DNA from: a virus
IMG/VR virus record: IMGVR_UViG_3300023115_001620
Span: 27,023 to 91,022 of that record
Length of the DNA stretch: 64,000 nt
Strand: one strand, 5' to 3'
This document shows, in pieces, positions 36,255-45,970 of this stretch (position 1 is the first letter of the stretch; each line of letters begins with the position of its first letter). Both the position numbers and the translations under genes were made by a program. The notes under the pieces are model-generated. The model was not told the DNA's origin and made no database searches. It saw only the letters and a program-made list of their open reading frames with translations.

Positions 36255-37168
36255 TATATCCTCGCAAGGCGAATTAATGTCGCCGCTAAATTAATTTCAG
36301 GATCCACAACAAGCGTGTGATCAACCATTCCTTGTTTAATTGTTAGAACTGCTGTATCTTGTTTTTCTTCGTCACCGAACAATTCAATGTTATCATACAG
36401 CCAACGATACACTTCTTCCATCTCTTCTGGACGGATGGCTCCGCACAAGAGTTTACGTGCTTCTTGAATCTTGCCTGCTTTAAACAGTTCAACCATTTCA
36501 AGTTTCCAGTCGCTTTCGCCAGTGTCACCTTCATTAGGTTTGTTCAATACACCGTCAACGCTATTCATTTGTACAGTGTTGATACACTTACGCAAGTCTG
36601 GGTAAGTTGCTTTTACGTATGTATCAAGTGTATCCAAATCAGGAGTAACACCTTCAGTGATAAGAATTTCAGCAACTCTAGCTGTGAACTCAGTTTGGTC
36701 AATTTTAGCAATGTGGAAACCTTGACACCTACTGTGCAAAGCGGGTATAACACGATTTGGATAGTTACAAGTAAGAATAAAACGAGCAGTAGTATGATAC
36801 TCCTCCATAACACCACGCAGTGCCGCTTGAGCGTTTGGAGATAAGTAGTCAGCTTCATCTAATAGTACCACCTTAAACTCGCCAAATGGAATCATTTGAA
36901 CAAAGTTTACAATTTTATCACGTACATCGTCTACTGAGTTTGTACGACTTGCGTTTATTTCTAGTATGTCTAGGTCATTAACATCTAGTTCGTTAAACAA
37001 CAGTTTAGCAAGTGTTGTTTTACCAATACCTGCATTTCCGCTAAACAACAAATGCGGAATAGTTTTGTCCTTTATCCATGTATTTACTTGATTTCGCTGA
37101 GCTTCATCTCTAAATACATAACCATCTACCGTCTTAGGACGATACTTTTCTACCCATAGCTCTTTCAA
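36254..37168 (-). CDS. clamp loader ATPase (RFC small subunit/gp44-like)
   Basis: [28 protein letters not shown]. Confidence 0.92.
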   Translation of the reverse strand: MKELWVEKYRPKTVDGYVFRDEAQRNQVNTWIKDKTIPHLLFSGNAGIGKTTLAKLLFNELDVNDLDILEINASRTNSVDDVRDKIVNFVQMIPFGEFKVVLLDEADYLSPNAQAALRGVMEEYHTTARFILTCNYPNRVIPALHSRCQGFHIAKIDQTEFTARVAEILITEGVTPDLDTLDTYVKATYPDLRKCINTVQMNSVDGVLNKPNEGDTGESDWKLEMVELFKAGKIQEARKLLCGAIRPEEMEEVYRWLYDNIELFGDEEKQDTAVLTIKQGMVDHTLVVDPEINLAATLIRLARI

Positions 37169-37190
37169 TTTTTGTTCCTCGTATCATATA

Positions 37191-38069
37191 TTATTTGTAT
37201 TGTACACTCTCAATGAAATTAAGTAAACCTTTTATTCCAAATAAACCTTTATTTTTTGCAGTTTCTATATCAAATCCGTTTCCTAACAAATAAGAACTGT
37301 TAGGGCTTTCTACACTGTTCCTAGCATTTTTCCATAATTTATTTTTTACGTCTTTTACATCAGTCCAATGCATTTTACTATTTTTTATATCAATTAAAAT
37401 TTGTAATTCGTCTGTGTCAATCAAATGTTCGTTCCACAATATATGCTTTATTAAAATTATGTCTGTTAGCATCCAAGACACATATTTTACATCAAATCCA
37501 ACCTTACTATCAACCTGCGGGAAGTAACCAAGATTGTGTACAAACCATTCTTCTTTTTTAATTACATGATCTCTATTATTTTCATCAAATTTTTGACTCC
37601 AATTACACTCTATTGTTGGCATACAGTTCCAAAAATTATTATAGTGTATTAGAGCTTGTTGCCAAAATGTGTTTCCGTAACCAGGTGTTTGCAATAAATC
37701 AACATACAAATTATACTTTTCTTCATCAAATACTTCTACTTTATTGAACTTAATTGCAGCTAGATGCTTTATAAGTTGTGACATAGTGTTTGCATTTAGT
37801 GTCTTTGGCTGAATTAGCATTGATGCAAAATTAATAAGTAAAGCTGCACAAGATTCTTGCATAGTATCTTTATTTTCAATAGATACTATTTCTTCGCCTA
37901 TTGGATATTCAAAAAAAGGATTTGCATGTACAGAGTGAGAATACAAGTCAATTTTATCTATATCACTATTTTCTTTGTTTGAACCCACCAAACGACTTCC
38001 AACAACAGCAGAAAAAACTAATTTTTCATGTTCTAAATGGAAGTTAAATTGGTGTGGTTGTTTATGCAT
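37191..38069 (-). CDS. Pol-beta-superfamily nucleotidyltransferase-like protein
   Basis: VGSRLVGSNKENSDID (GS-x-DxD); AT-rich. Confidence 0.55.
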   Translation of the reverse strand: MHKQPHQFNFHLEHEKLVFSAVVGSRLVGSNKENSDIDKIDLYSHSVHANPFFEYPIGEEIVSIENKDTMQESCAALLINFASMLIQPKTLNANTMSQLIKHLAAIKFNKVEVFDEEKYNLYVDLLQTPGYGNTFWQQALIHYNNFWNCMPTIECNWSQKFDENNRDHVIKKEEWFVHNLGYFPQVDSKVGFDVKYVSWMLTDIILIKHILWNEHLIDTDELQILIDIKNSKMHWTDVKDVKNKLWKNARNSVESPNSSYLLGNGFDIETAKNKGLFGIKGLLNFIESVQYK

Positions 38070-38592
38070 ATACTAAGCCTAATTCTTTATATGCCATTTG
38101 TACACCTTTTGCTTGGTAGTAAGCATCTGCTAGTGCATTGTGCAAATTAGACTGCATACCTTTGCGAGGATCAGATTTTAAAAATCCGAACATAGTTCTG
38201 CTATCACGCACTTGCCAAAAGTTCCAAGGAATAGACTTACTATATTGTCTGCACATATCCTCTAGTATGGTTATATCAAAACCGTAACCGTGTCCCCACA
38301 GAATATCAACACCATTCATCCATTTTGGTAATGTACTTAGAAACATTTCTGGATCGACTCTACCTTCTTCTCCAAACGCTTCTTCCTGAGCAGCTGCATC
38401 TTGTCTGCCCCACCATGCAACTGTATCATCACTTACTGCTCTGTCTTGCATGTCTAGATCAAGTTTGTAATAAAACTCGCTATGTGGTTCTTCGTCTGTA
38501 AAAGGATTAAATTTTACACCACCTACTGTGAGCACAGTAGCCTGAGGTGTAGTGTGCAGTGTTTCTAAATCGATCATTGCGTGAGTTGTCAT
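38062..38592 (-). CDS. DEDDh 3'-5' exonuclease (DexA/RNase AS-like)
   Basis: MIDLET, FD, RDSRT, HNALADA. Confidence 0.85.
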   Translation of the reverse strand: MTTHAMIDLETLHTTPQATVLTVGGVKFNPFTDEEPHSEFYYKLDLDMQDRAVSDDTVAWWGRQDAAAQEEAFGEEGRVDPEMFLSTLPKWMNGVDILWGHGYGFDITILEDMCRQYSKSIPWNFWQVRDSRTMFGFLKSDPRKGMQSNLHNALADAYYQAKGVQMAYKELGLVYA

Positions 38593-38594
38593 AT

Positions 38595-38762
38595 TTATTT
38601 GCCTTTTCTATTTTCCTGTCCAATGCCTGAAAGAATTAATAATACGTACAAGATAGGCCAAGCCCAACCTGTTAAATATCCAGTAATATGAAGTACCATT
38701 AGCACAATACCTGTTGCGCCTGTAGTACCAATGCCTGCTGTTTGTGGTGCTGGTATTAACAT
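38595..38762 (-). CDS. small 2-TM membrane protein (55 aa)
   Basis: Manual translation MLIPAPQTAGIGTTGATGIVLMVLHITGYLTGWAWPILYVLLILSGIGQENRKGK; SD AAGGAG. Confidence 0.7.
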   Translation of the reverse strand: MLIPAPQTAGIGTTGATGIVLMVLHITGYLTGWAWPILYVLLILSGIGQENRKGK

Positions 38763-38770
38763 CAAGAGAT

Positions 38771-38818
38771 CTCCTTACATTTTATACATATTATAACGTA
38801 TAAACTGTAAGGAGTCAA
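38771..38818 (-). promoter_or_regulatory. sigma70 promoter inside a 17 bp inverted repeat that occludes the SD
   Basis: TTGACT-17 nt-TATAAT (38813-38818, 38790-38795); arms 38771-38787 and 38798-38814 match 16/17. Confidence 0.75.
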
Positions 38819-38832
38819 GTATTTTATTTTAT

Positions 38833-39219
38833 TTAGACTGGAACGCCTAGTATTTCAACTTCTTGTGGTAAGAACTTGTCTAATTGTGGAGGCTGCCAGC
38901 CTTCTGGCTTCAGCACTTTACCATCTTCTCTTTTGCGTACTTTACCTGTGTCGGGATCAATCTTTGCAAAGTTTGTATCCATAACTTCTTTCCAAGCACC
39001 TTCTCCGTCAAATCCGCCTGCACGAATAGCACCCATAGTAACAACTAAAATATCAATTAGTGCATCAAGTTGTTCTACAGTATCGTTTGCTTCAACTGCT
39101 TCTTGTAGTTCTTCAAATTCTTCTTTGATCAAACTAAGATACATTTTATAGTTTGCTTCACTTGGTTCTTGATCACATGCTGAACCAAACGTATCAATGT
39201 CTTTAAATGGATTTGTCAT
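38833..39219 (-). CDS. all-alpha NTP pyrophosphohydrolase (MazG/PRA-PH-like)
   Basis: LIKEEFEEL, DALIDILVV, EVMDTNFAK, DGKVLKP. Confidence 0.85.
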   Translation of the reverse strand: MTNPFKDIDTFGSACDQEPSEANYKMYLSLIKEEFEELQEAVEANDTVEQLDALIDILVVTMGAIRAGGFDGEGAWKEVMDTNFAKIDPDTGKVRKREDGKVLKPEGWQPPQLDKFLPQEVEILGVPV

Positions 39220-39221
39220 TT

Positions 39222-39626
39222 TTACCTCATAAAAGCACTTGGATCAATTGTTGCATGTTCACCGTCGCTATATTCTGATCCAATACGAACATCGCTAGGT
39301 TTTTCGTCACTGTATGCTAAGACGCTTTCTGCTTCTACCATACGTATTTCAATCTCACCATCTGCTTCAGTATCAAGTTTTATACCTCGTGTCCAACGGC
39401 CGTGCTCAACTAAGATCCATTGTCCTACTTTGTAGTCGTCTTTGTTATCAGGACCTTTAGAATAAACTTTACCCCAACGAGGATATACTCCCCGTGTTGT
39501 TCCGTCATCAGATCTAATAATCAGTCCACTAGCAGTAGTTTGGTCACCGAAATACATATCAGTTACTAATACTCTATTTCCAATTGCTCTAGGTGTTCCT
39601 TTAATAGTATTGATGTTTATAGACAT
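39222..39626 (-). CDS. groES: co-chaperonin GroES-like
   Basis: RAIGNRVLV, TTASGLII mobile loop, KVGQWILV, ESVLA; start taken at ATG 39626. Confidence 0.75.
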   Translation of the reverse strand: MSININTIKGTPRAIGNRVLVTDMYFGDQTTASGLIIRSDDGTTRGVYPRWGKVYSKGPDNKDDYKVGQWILVEHGRWTRGIKLDTEADGEIEIRMVEAESVLAYSDEKPSDVRIGSEYSDGEHATIDPSAFMR

Positions 39627-40033
39627 TAAGCACCTTTTCTTACAAAATTTCCATCTTCGTCTTCTACCCATTCCTCTTGATCATCAAGAGCCGCTTCTTC
39701 AGCTGCAACTTCTGCAGGCGCTGCTGATTTTTTTGTTGTACGTGCTGCTTTGGGTTTTTCAACTACAGTTTCTTCTACAGCTTCTTCGACAACTTCTTCA
39801 GTTTCCGCATCTACTGTAGGCTTTGGTCTTTTAGACGAGCCTACCTGTGAGTAGTATTCTTTTACAATATCTTCTCTCTTTCGTAAAATAACTCCACCTG
39901 GACCTAATTCATCACCACGTGCATTAACTTTAGCGTTTCCTACTGCCGGAACTAATTCATTCTTTTTAGTTAAAAGATCCATATCTACAGCTTTTCCACG
40001 CATACTTCTATACATTTTTTTGCCTTTTGCCAT
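39626..40033 (-). CDS. hypothetical late protein with acidic low-complexity tail
   Basis: SD AGGAG before ATG 40033; late-like GATAAGTA (TAAGTA at 40057-40062). Confidence 0.7.
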   Translation of the reverse strand: MAKGKKMYRSMRGKAVDMDLLTKKNELVPAVGNAKVNARGDELGPGGVILRKREDIVKEYYSQVGSSKRPKPTVDAETEEVVEEAVEETVVEKPKAARTTKKSAAPAEVAAEEAALDDQEEWVEDEDGNFVRKGA

Positions 40034-40059
40034 GTTTATTCTCCTATGAGTAAATGTAC

Positions 40060-40581
40060 TTATCTTAAGAACTCTCTCCAATCCAGGCCATATTGGATTG
40101 AGTTTATTCTATGTACTCCTATAATATAAAGTACATAACTCGCTACACTAGATCCACGTCCTACACCCCATACAATGTTGTTCTCACGCATAAAATCTAC
40201 AAGATACACCATATAGCGAAGTAAATCTAGTAAACCCTTTTCTTCATACGCAATAAATTCTTCGTCAATTCTAGCAACTTCATCGTGTGTATTGCATCTT
40301 TGTTCAACCCACGAATATATATCCATATTTTTATATTCATCAGGCATAAACCATTCACCTTGGCATACACCGTCAAAAGTCTTTTGATCTACATCTAGTG
40401 GAATATACTTTTGCAATGGATTCATACCTTGAGCTTCCATTGCACTATTGAACTTGTCAATGTCGTCGCTAGGATCGCATAAAACTACGTGCACTTTGTC
40501 AATATTTCCACTATAGATCATATCAACAAGGTCGCGATTAGAGAAGCGAGGTATACCTAGATCGTCAGTTTTCATAATCAT
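40060..40581 (-). CDS. stand-alone fragment of DNA polymerase III alpha (DnaE palm/GRGS region)
   Basis: YLVDFMRENNIVWGVGRGSSVASYVLYIIGVHRINSIQYGLDWREFL parallels DnaE GPGRGS...FERFL. Confidence 0.75.
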   Translation of the reverse strand: MIMKTDDLGIPRFSNRDLVDMIYSGNIDKVHVVLCDPSDDIDKFNSAMEAQGMNPLQKYIPLDVDQKTFDGVCQGEWFMPDEYKNMDIYSWVEQRCNTHDEVARIDEEFIAYEEKGLLDLLRYMVYLVDFMRENNIVWGVGRGSSVASYVLYIIGVHRINSIQYGLDWREFLR

Positions 40582-40587
40582 GCATGT

Positions 40588-40616
40588 AGTTTAACTGATA
40601 TTAATGAGATTGTCAA
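40588..40616 (-). promoter_or_regulatory. sigma70-type promoter for the DnaE fragment
   Basis: TTGACA-17 nt-TAAACT just before ATG 40581. Confidence 0.55.
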
Positions 40617-40824
40617 GTCCATTTTCGTCTGGACCTTGTTGATTTTTCTTTTGATTCTCAATTCTTTTTTCTTGTAGAGCTATTTTGTATGTGTCAAGTG
40701 CGAGTATTAATTGGTGACGTGTTTCTTCATTAGAAGTAATGAAGTAAATTCTATTAAGTTTATGTATTTTTTCTTCTAGTTCTGCTTCAGTGAGAGTATG
40801 TGCGTCATTGATAAATGGATGCAT
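40591..40824 (-). CDS. hypothetical protein
   Basis: 77 aa ORF, TAATG-coupled. Confidence 0.7.
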   Translation of the reverse strand: MHPFINDAHTLTEAELEEKIHKLNRIYFITSNEETRHQLILALDTYKIALQEKRIENQKKNQQGPDENGLDNLINIS

Positions 40825-41411
40825 TATGCACTAAACCTACCCAAATAGTCTGCATAGATAACACTGTTGCCACCGTCGTATGACCAAAATTCTAATATTA
40901 CAGGATCATCTGCACTATCTACTTCCAATGCCATAGGAAATCTAGGACTTTTCTTAATAGATCCGCCACCCAAAGCATTAAAAGTTACATTTACTACATC
41001 TTCTACACCTGGTCCAAACATTTGCACTCTAAAACGTGCTACTCTATCACCGTCTGCTGGGAAGCCTGCTAATGTTAGTTGAATAGTTTGACCTGCTGCT
41101 TCTTGTGCAAATCGTATGCTTTGATACATGCCTTGAGAAAAGTTAATTTCCTGGTTTGATGCTATTCCACTTTTTGCTAGGAAAGACTCTGTACTAGCAT
41201 GCAATGTTCCGTCTGTTAATCTAGTTCCGTTAAAATCGTTTTCAGAAGTAAGTTTTGCAGTACCATTTTGAAGATTTGTAATCTCAGTAGCTGCTACACT
41301 CATCCCAGTTTTGATAATATTAAAATTATCACGAAATCCTTGAGTGTCGTTATCTTGACCTGCTACTGGATAGCTTTCGTCAATTGTTGAACTTATAATG
41401 TTACTTGCCAT
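40824..41411 (-). CDS. probable baseplate/tail structural protein
   Basis: YPVAGQDNDTQGFRDNF N-terminus; late-like promoter 41433-41438. Confidence 0.65.
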   Translation of the reverse strand: MASNIISSTIDESYPVAGQDNDTQGFRDNFNIIKTGMSVAATEITNLQNGTAKLTSENDFNGTRLTDGTLHASTESFLAKSGIASNQEINFSQGMYQSIRFAQEAAGQTIQLTLAGFPADGDRVARFRVQMFGPGVEDVVNVTFNALGGGSIKKSPRFPMALEVDSADDPVILEFWSYDGGNSVIYADYLGRFSA

Positions 41412-41444
41412 AGGTGTCTTTCCTCTTTGTATTATTTATCGTTA

Positions 41445-44400
41445 TTATACATTGAATTGATAGTTTGCGAATACGATGAAAGTTTCATCTGCCTTATCAT
41501 CTGCTCTCACTACAATATATCTATCTATATCATAATTTATCTGTCTTGGATCAAAATTAGCAGCATTAAGATTTCTTATTATATCATCAGAATATCCTGG
41601 TTTACAATAACACAAAGGTATCGCAGGCACATAATCTAACTCTTGTAAACCTTCCTGCGGTGTGCGCATCCATAATGGCAAATAGCTCCTGTTTGTTTCG
41701 CCAATTTGTGCAATATTGTTACGCATATTTGTAAAGTTACTAATATATCTTATGTTATCTTTTGATTGGCTTACTTTCACTGCATCACTGTCTACTTTTA
41801 ATGTGTTTATAGGATCTGGTAAAATCTTGTAGGGTTCTGCATCTGATTTTTGTAATGTGACTGTGACATTGTCTTGATTTTTAATTACGATTTCAAAATC
41901 TTGATCGTCTACATTTAGTTCTGCATCTGGCGAGTCTCTAAGATCAATTGTAAGTATGTCTGCCTCGATGTTTACAAATTTTACTGTTGCTCGCCCATAT
42001 ACTGGTATAACATCATCTCCTGCACCAGTACGAGTTACATCGTCTGCGGAATTGTACTGAATACTATCTACAGTCAGCTGGTTTTGTGTTGCTATTGTAA
42101 ATTTTTCTCTGGTGTTACCATCTGATGTATCTGCAGGATCATACACAGGTATATACACTACTTCATATACTACCTCATTAGTACCAGGTAATTTAGCTAC
42201 AGCTGATTTAATTTGTCCTAAATTATATTTTTTACGCTTTGTATTTTTTGCAGCAGCCGCAGCAAATTCTTTAATTTCTTTTGCTTCTACTCCTGAAAAT
42301 ACAAGTAATTCTAGATTCTTTTGCACACCAAAATCAGGATCTTGCGGCCTATATAATTTATCTTCTTCAAAAATGCTAAAATCACTAGTAAAGCCTTGCA
42401 AATAATATCTTTCTTCTATACTAAGCATAGGCTTCATATAAATTTTTGTGTATTGAGTATTATCATTATCTTCAATAGTAACAGTAAACTCTCTAGAAAC
42501 TGCTGCGTAATTAAATCTATCTCGTGCTTCTACAGTAAATTTAAATTCTCTATCAAAAGATGTGTCGCCTGGAAAGTTGCCATCCCATGTCATACCTGAG
42601 TCGAAATATGTTAAACCTGCGCCATCTGTGTTAGTATACTGTCTAGGCGCACCTATAATTTGACCATCGTAGGTAAGCTTCATGCCGTTGGGTAATTTTC
42701 CAGAAGTAATTATATATACCATTTTTGTATCAGGTACAGTACTTTCAGCTTTTATAGATAACGTGCTTTGGATATTAGCTGTGATATTTCCTAGATTGCT
42801 CGGAGTAAGCCATTTAATTGCACTTTCCACTTCACCTATAGTTTTTACTTCAAATGTTCTTGTACTGCTTGGTATATCTACTTCGTCCCTTGCAGAAATT
42901 ACTATGTTTTTACTGAAAAAGTCATTTTGAAATAACGCTATGCCAATGTTACGACCTTGGTTTAGGGTAGATCTTAAATTAGAACCTAACCCTACTCTAT
43001 CTTCGTTATCTCTTATTAAATCTATTCTAAACGAAGCACTGTCGGTGCCTTTAAAAAATTGACTAATGTTTTGTTTAATTCTAGTTAAACTTGTGCTGGG
43101 TAATTTTAGATTCCATACGTTATTACTTTTAATTTTTATATACGCAGGCCTTCCGTATTTTGATTCTATAGCTTGTTTTACAGCAGTCAATTGTTGCTCT
43201 TGAGTCATACTTTCTAAGTTTTCTGCTACTTGTGTCCAATAATCTGTGTTAAAAACAACAAGTTGATTCCCATCAGGTCCTAGTACAAATTCGTCATTCT
43301 CGTCAATTTGTGCTGTAGTAGAATGTGCTTCTGTACAAATGTATATGAAATTATTACCGCCTACTTCATCTGTGTATGTTACATAGTCGCCAACAAAATA
43401 GTTTGCACCTATTTGAATGTTTTCAGGCGCACCATATGGAAAAATAGGATCATTAGCAGGTGTAGTTTGTACAACATCGTACTCAATATATGGAGTTATA
43501 CTATCAATCCTATACTTGTCGTTATCACTAAATGCAAGTGTTCTGTTTTTATATTTTACTTTTTCTTTTTCATTTAACCTATTAACAAAAATAAAATTAT
43601 TTCCTACATTACCTGTTTGCGATAATACTAAACTAATTTCAGGTGCAAGAGTATCGTCTAAGAAAATTACATCATAATCTGGATTTGAATCATCGACATT
43701 TATAATATTGTAGTTCCTGTTACCAAGAAGAATATTACGCCCTCTCAATGCAAGTAGATCGTTTATGCCATCGTCTAATCCTGTTAGGTCAGTTTTATAA
43801 ATTTTGAAACTGTTTTTGCCTAAAAGCACATCTTCATAGTATGTGCCAAACACTTCAACTGTTTCTAAATCAAAAGTAAGTCTTGTTGCTCTGATTGTAA
43901 ATTTATTATCTTTAACAACAGCAGGTTGATAAGGTAAGTAACCATACACAGTACCATTATAATAATCTAAGCTAAGTCCCTGTGGCAAGACACTTCTGGT
44001 ACCATCGTCGTTTTGTTGCTCCAGTGTGTATCTCACAGTGCCTTCAAGTTGGTCATTTTCAATTGTTTGTATTGGTATAAGAACATAATTATCTGCTCTC
44101 AAAAATCCTAAGTCTTTGGGTGTTAACCATTCCGGAGTTCTAACATTTGTTGCGTCTGCTGTAAACACGCCTGTACCTGTTTGCATCAATGTATTATCTG
44201 CTTTAAGGTAATCATCTCCTACAAGGTAAATTTTAAATTCACGTTTTACAAAAGAGTCTCCGTCAGTCACTGTTACTGCGAATGGATAATATCTATTTAA
44301 TTTTTTAACTTGGTTAGTAGGTTCGCTGTATCCGTATGGTTCTGAATCATAGAAAAAACTACCAAAACCATTATTAGGAAGTTGTGCAAAGTCTAAGGGC

Positions 44401-45935
44401 AAATCGCCATATGGTGATTGATCATATCCGCCTCTTTCTACAAATTGATCTAATGCAAGTAGTGGTTCAACAATACCCTGTAATCTTCCATCGCCTGACA
44501 AAGTCAAACCTGGAGGAAGTGTCCCGTCACCTTCTGCAATAAAATATTCTAATTCGTCACCTGCCGATAAATCTGTATCACTTGCTAGTAAAGCATAGTC
44601 AATTAACTGGTTATCCAATATATACAATTGGTTATTTGATCCAACAGGAAGTAATCCTTCATTAGTAATCCATTCTGGTTCGTCTGGTCCTGTAACAACG
44701 ATCTCGTATGTTCTATCTTCAAAATCATTTCCTACATACGCCCGTAGAGTAAACTTTGATGAAGTATCTCTTTGTACTTCGTATGTTGTGCCTTTAATAT
44801 AAATACCTTCTATTCTACAGCCAGCTGGTAAGTTTCCTGAAATTAATTCAACCCTAGCATTTGTTACATAATTAGCAATCGGTAATCTAATACTTACATT
44901 GCGTCTTTCTACTAAATTGCTTATTTTTGTTCCTGAAGGCAATGACCATAAACTAGGTTTTGTAAATACATCACCTATATCAACTGGTTCTTGAATGTCC
45001 ATTGATTGCTTTGTTGTATTTCCTATTATGTATGGATATTCAGGGGTGGTCAATTCACTATCTGCAAAAGTTAAAAAGTAAGCATAAGTCCCTTGTGGGA
45101 ACTCAGGTGTTACACAAAATCTTCCATTGTGTTCATCCAAGTCACCTTTGCTTTTTCTATATGTGTAATCTTGAATAAAACTACCTGGGGACAACTCTAC
45201 TTCTATGCCATCTATCTTAATTGTATCTTTGTATTTAAACTTATCGGGTCTGTGTTTGTCCGTAGGTAATAAGGCATAGCCAGATCTAAGATTTTTTATT
45301 AAAGATTCATTGTCTAGTGGAGCATCATAACCGTATGGACCATAAATTGGATATCCGTCAAAACAAAATCCTAAAATTTTGCTGTGTCCATCTGGATGTC
45401 TAAGATGATCTTCTTGGTAATTTGTGTTTCTAAAATAATCATTTGACAACCAAAATCTTTCAAGATCCATACCTTTGATCAAATTACTGCTGTGATAATG
45501 ATATGAGCCTTTTTCTTGTGGATGTCCTCCTCCTAGATCTACACCAAAATATTCACCAAAATAAACTGCGTCATAACTGAATCCTCTAGGTGGACGAGAA
45601 TTACTTCCTGGTATACCTGCATCGGCACTTGGAGCAGTGCCAACAACGCCATTTACAAAAATACTGTGTATACCAAATGTACTTACTTGTGGATTTTGTG
45701 TGTTTTGCCCTGCCCTGTAAACAAAATTAAAATCATACTCTTGTTTTTGGATCGTATTAGGGTTAGGACCAAACGTTCTGCCTAAATTAAAATCCCACTC
45801 TAATCCTGCTCGTGCAGGCCACGGATCACCGTCACTTTGGAACCTAATTATATTCTGTCCAAGTGATATATGTGTTGTACTTTTAAAAATCGTTTGATTA
45901 TTGCTAACCGAAATGTTTTTTGGATCAAATGCCAT
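41445..45935 (-). CDS. large baseplate-wedge-like protein with N-terminal YHYH domain and Ig-like repeats
   Basis: GHP...YHYH, GFCFDGYPIYGPYG, DLDEHNG, GTYAYF; repeated LPxGxxL Ig-like motifs; structural context. Confidence 0.7.
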   Translation of the reverse strand: MAFDPKNISVSNNQTIFKSTTHISLGQNIIRFQSDGDPWPARAGLEWDFNLGRTFGPNPNTIQKQEYDFNFVYRAGQNTQNPQVSTFGIHSIFVNGVVGTAPSADAGIPGSNSRPPRGFSYDAVYFGEYFGVDLGGGHPQEKGSYHYHSSNLIKGMDLERFWLSNDYFRNTNYQEDHLRHPDGHSKILGFCFDGYPIYGPYGYDAPLDNESLIKNLRSGYALLPTDKHRPDKFKYKDTIKIDGIEVELSPGSFIQDYTYRKSKGDLDEHNGRFCVTPEFPQGTYAYFLTFADSELTTPEYPYIIGNTTKQSMDIQEPVDIGDVFTKPSLWSLPSGTKISNLVERRNVSIRLPIANYVTNARVELISGNLPAGCRIEGIYIKGTTYEVQRDTSSKFTLRAYVGNDFEDRTYEIVVTGPDEPEWITNEGLLPVGSNNQLYILDNQLIDYALLASDTDLSAGDELEYFIAEGDGTLPPGLTLSGDGRLQGIVEPLLALDQFVERGGYDQSPYGDLPLDFAQLPNNGFGSFFYDSEPYGYSEPTNQVKKLNRYYPFAVTVTDGDSFVKREFKIYLVGDDYLKADNTLMQTGTGVFTADATNVRTPEWLTPKDLGFLRADNYVLIPIQTIENDQLEGTVRYTLEQQNDDGTRSVLPQGLSLDYYNGTVYGYLPYQPAVVKDNKFTIRATRLTFDLETVEVFGTYYEDVLLGKNSFKIYKTDLTGLDDGINDLLALRGRNILLGNRNYNIINVDDSNPDYDVIFLDDTLAPEISLVLSQTGNVGNNFIFVNRLNEKEKVKYKNRTLAFSDNDKYRIDSITPYIEYDVVQTTPANDPIFPYGAPENIQIGANYFVGDYVTYTDEVGGNNFIYICTEAHSTTAQIDENDEFVLGPDGNQLVVFNTDYWTQVAENLESMTQEQQLTAVKQAIESKYGRPAYIKIKSNNVWNLKLPSTSLTRIKQNISQFFKGTDSASFRIDLIRDNEDRVGLGSNLRSTLNQGRNIGIALFQNDFFSKNIVISARDEVDIPSSTRTFEVKTIGEVESAIKWLTPSNLGNITANIQSTLSIKAESTVPDTKMVYIITSGKLPNGMKLTYDGQIIGAPRQYTNTDGAGLTYFDSGMTWDGNFPGDTSFDREFKFTVEARDRFNYAAVSREFTVTIEDNDNTQYTKIYMKPMLSIEERYYLQGFTSDFSIFEEDKLYRPQDPDFGVQKNLELLVFSGVEAKEIKEFAAAAAKNTKRKKYNLGQIKSAVAKLPGTNEVVYEVVYIPVYDPADTSDGNTREKFTIATQNQLTVDSIQYNSADDVTRTGAGDDVIPVYGRATVKFVNIEADILTIDLRDSPDAELNVDDQDFEIVIKNQDNVTVTLQKSDAEPYKILPDPINTLKVDSDAVKVSQSKDNIRYISNFTNMRNNIAQIGETNRSYLPLWMRTPQEGLQELDYVPAIPLCYCKPGYSDDIIRNLNAANFDPRQINYDIDRYIVVRADDKADETFIVFANYQFNV

Positions 45936-45970
45936 ACTAAGTTCCTTATACAGTATTTATCGGACTTAGT
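45936..45970 (-). promoter_or_regulatory. SD-occluding hairpin with late-like promoter in the loop
   Basis: mRNA ACUAAGUCC-GAUAAAUACUGUAUAA-GGAACUUAGU-AUG. Confidence 0.55.
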
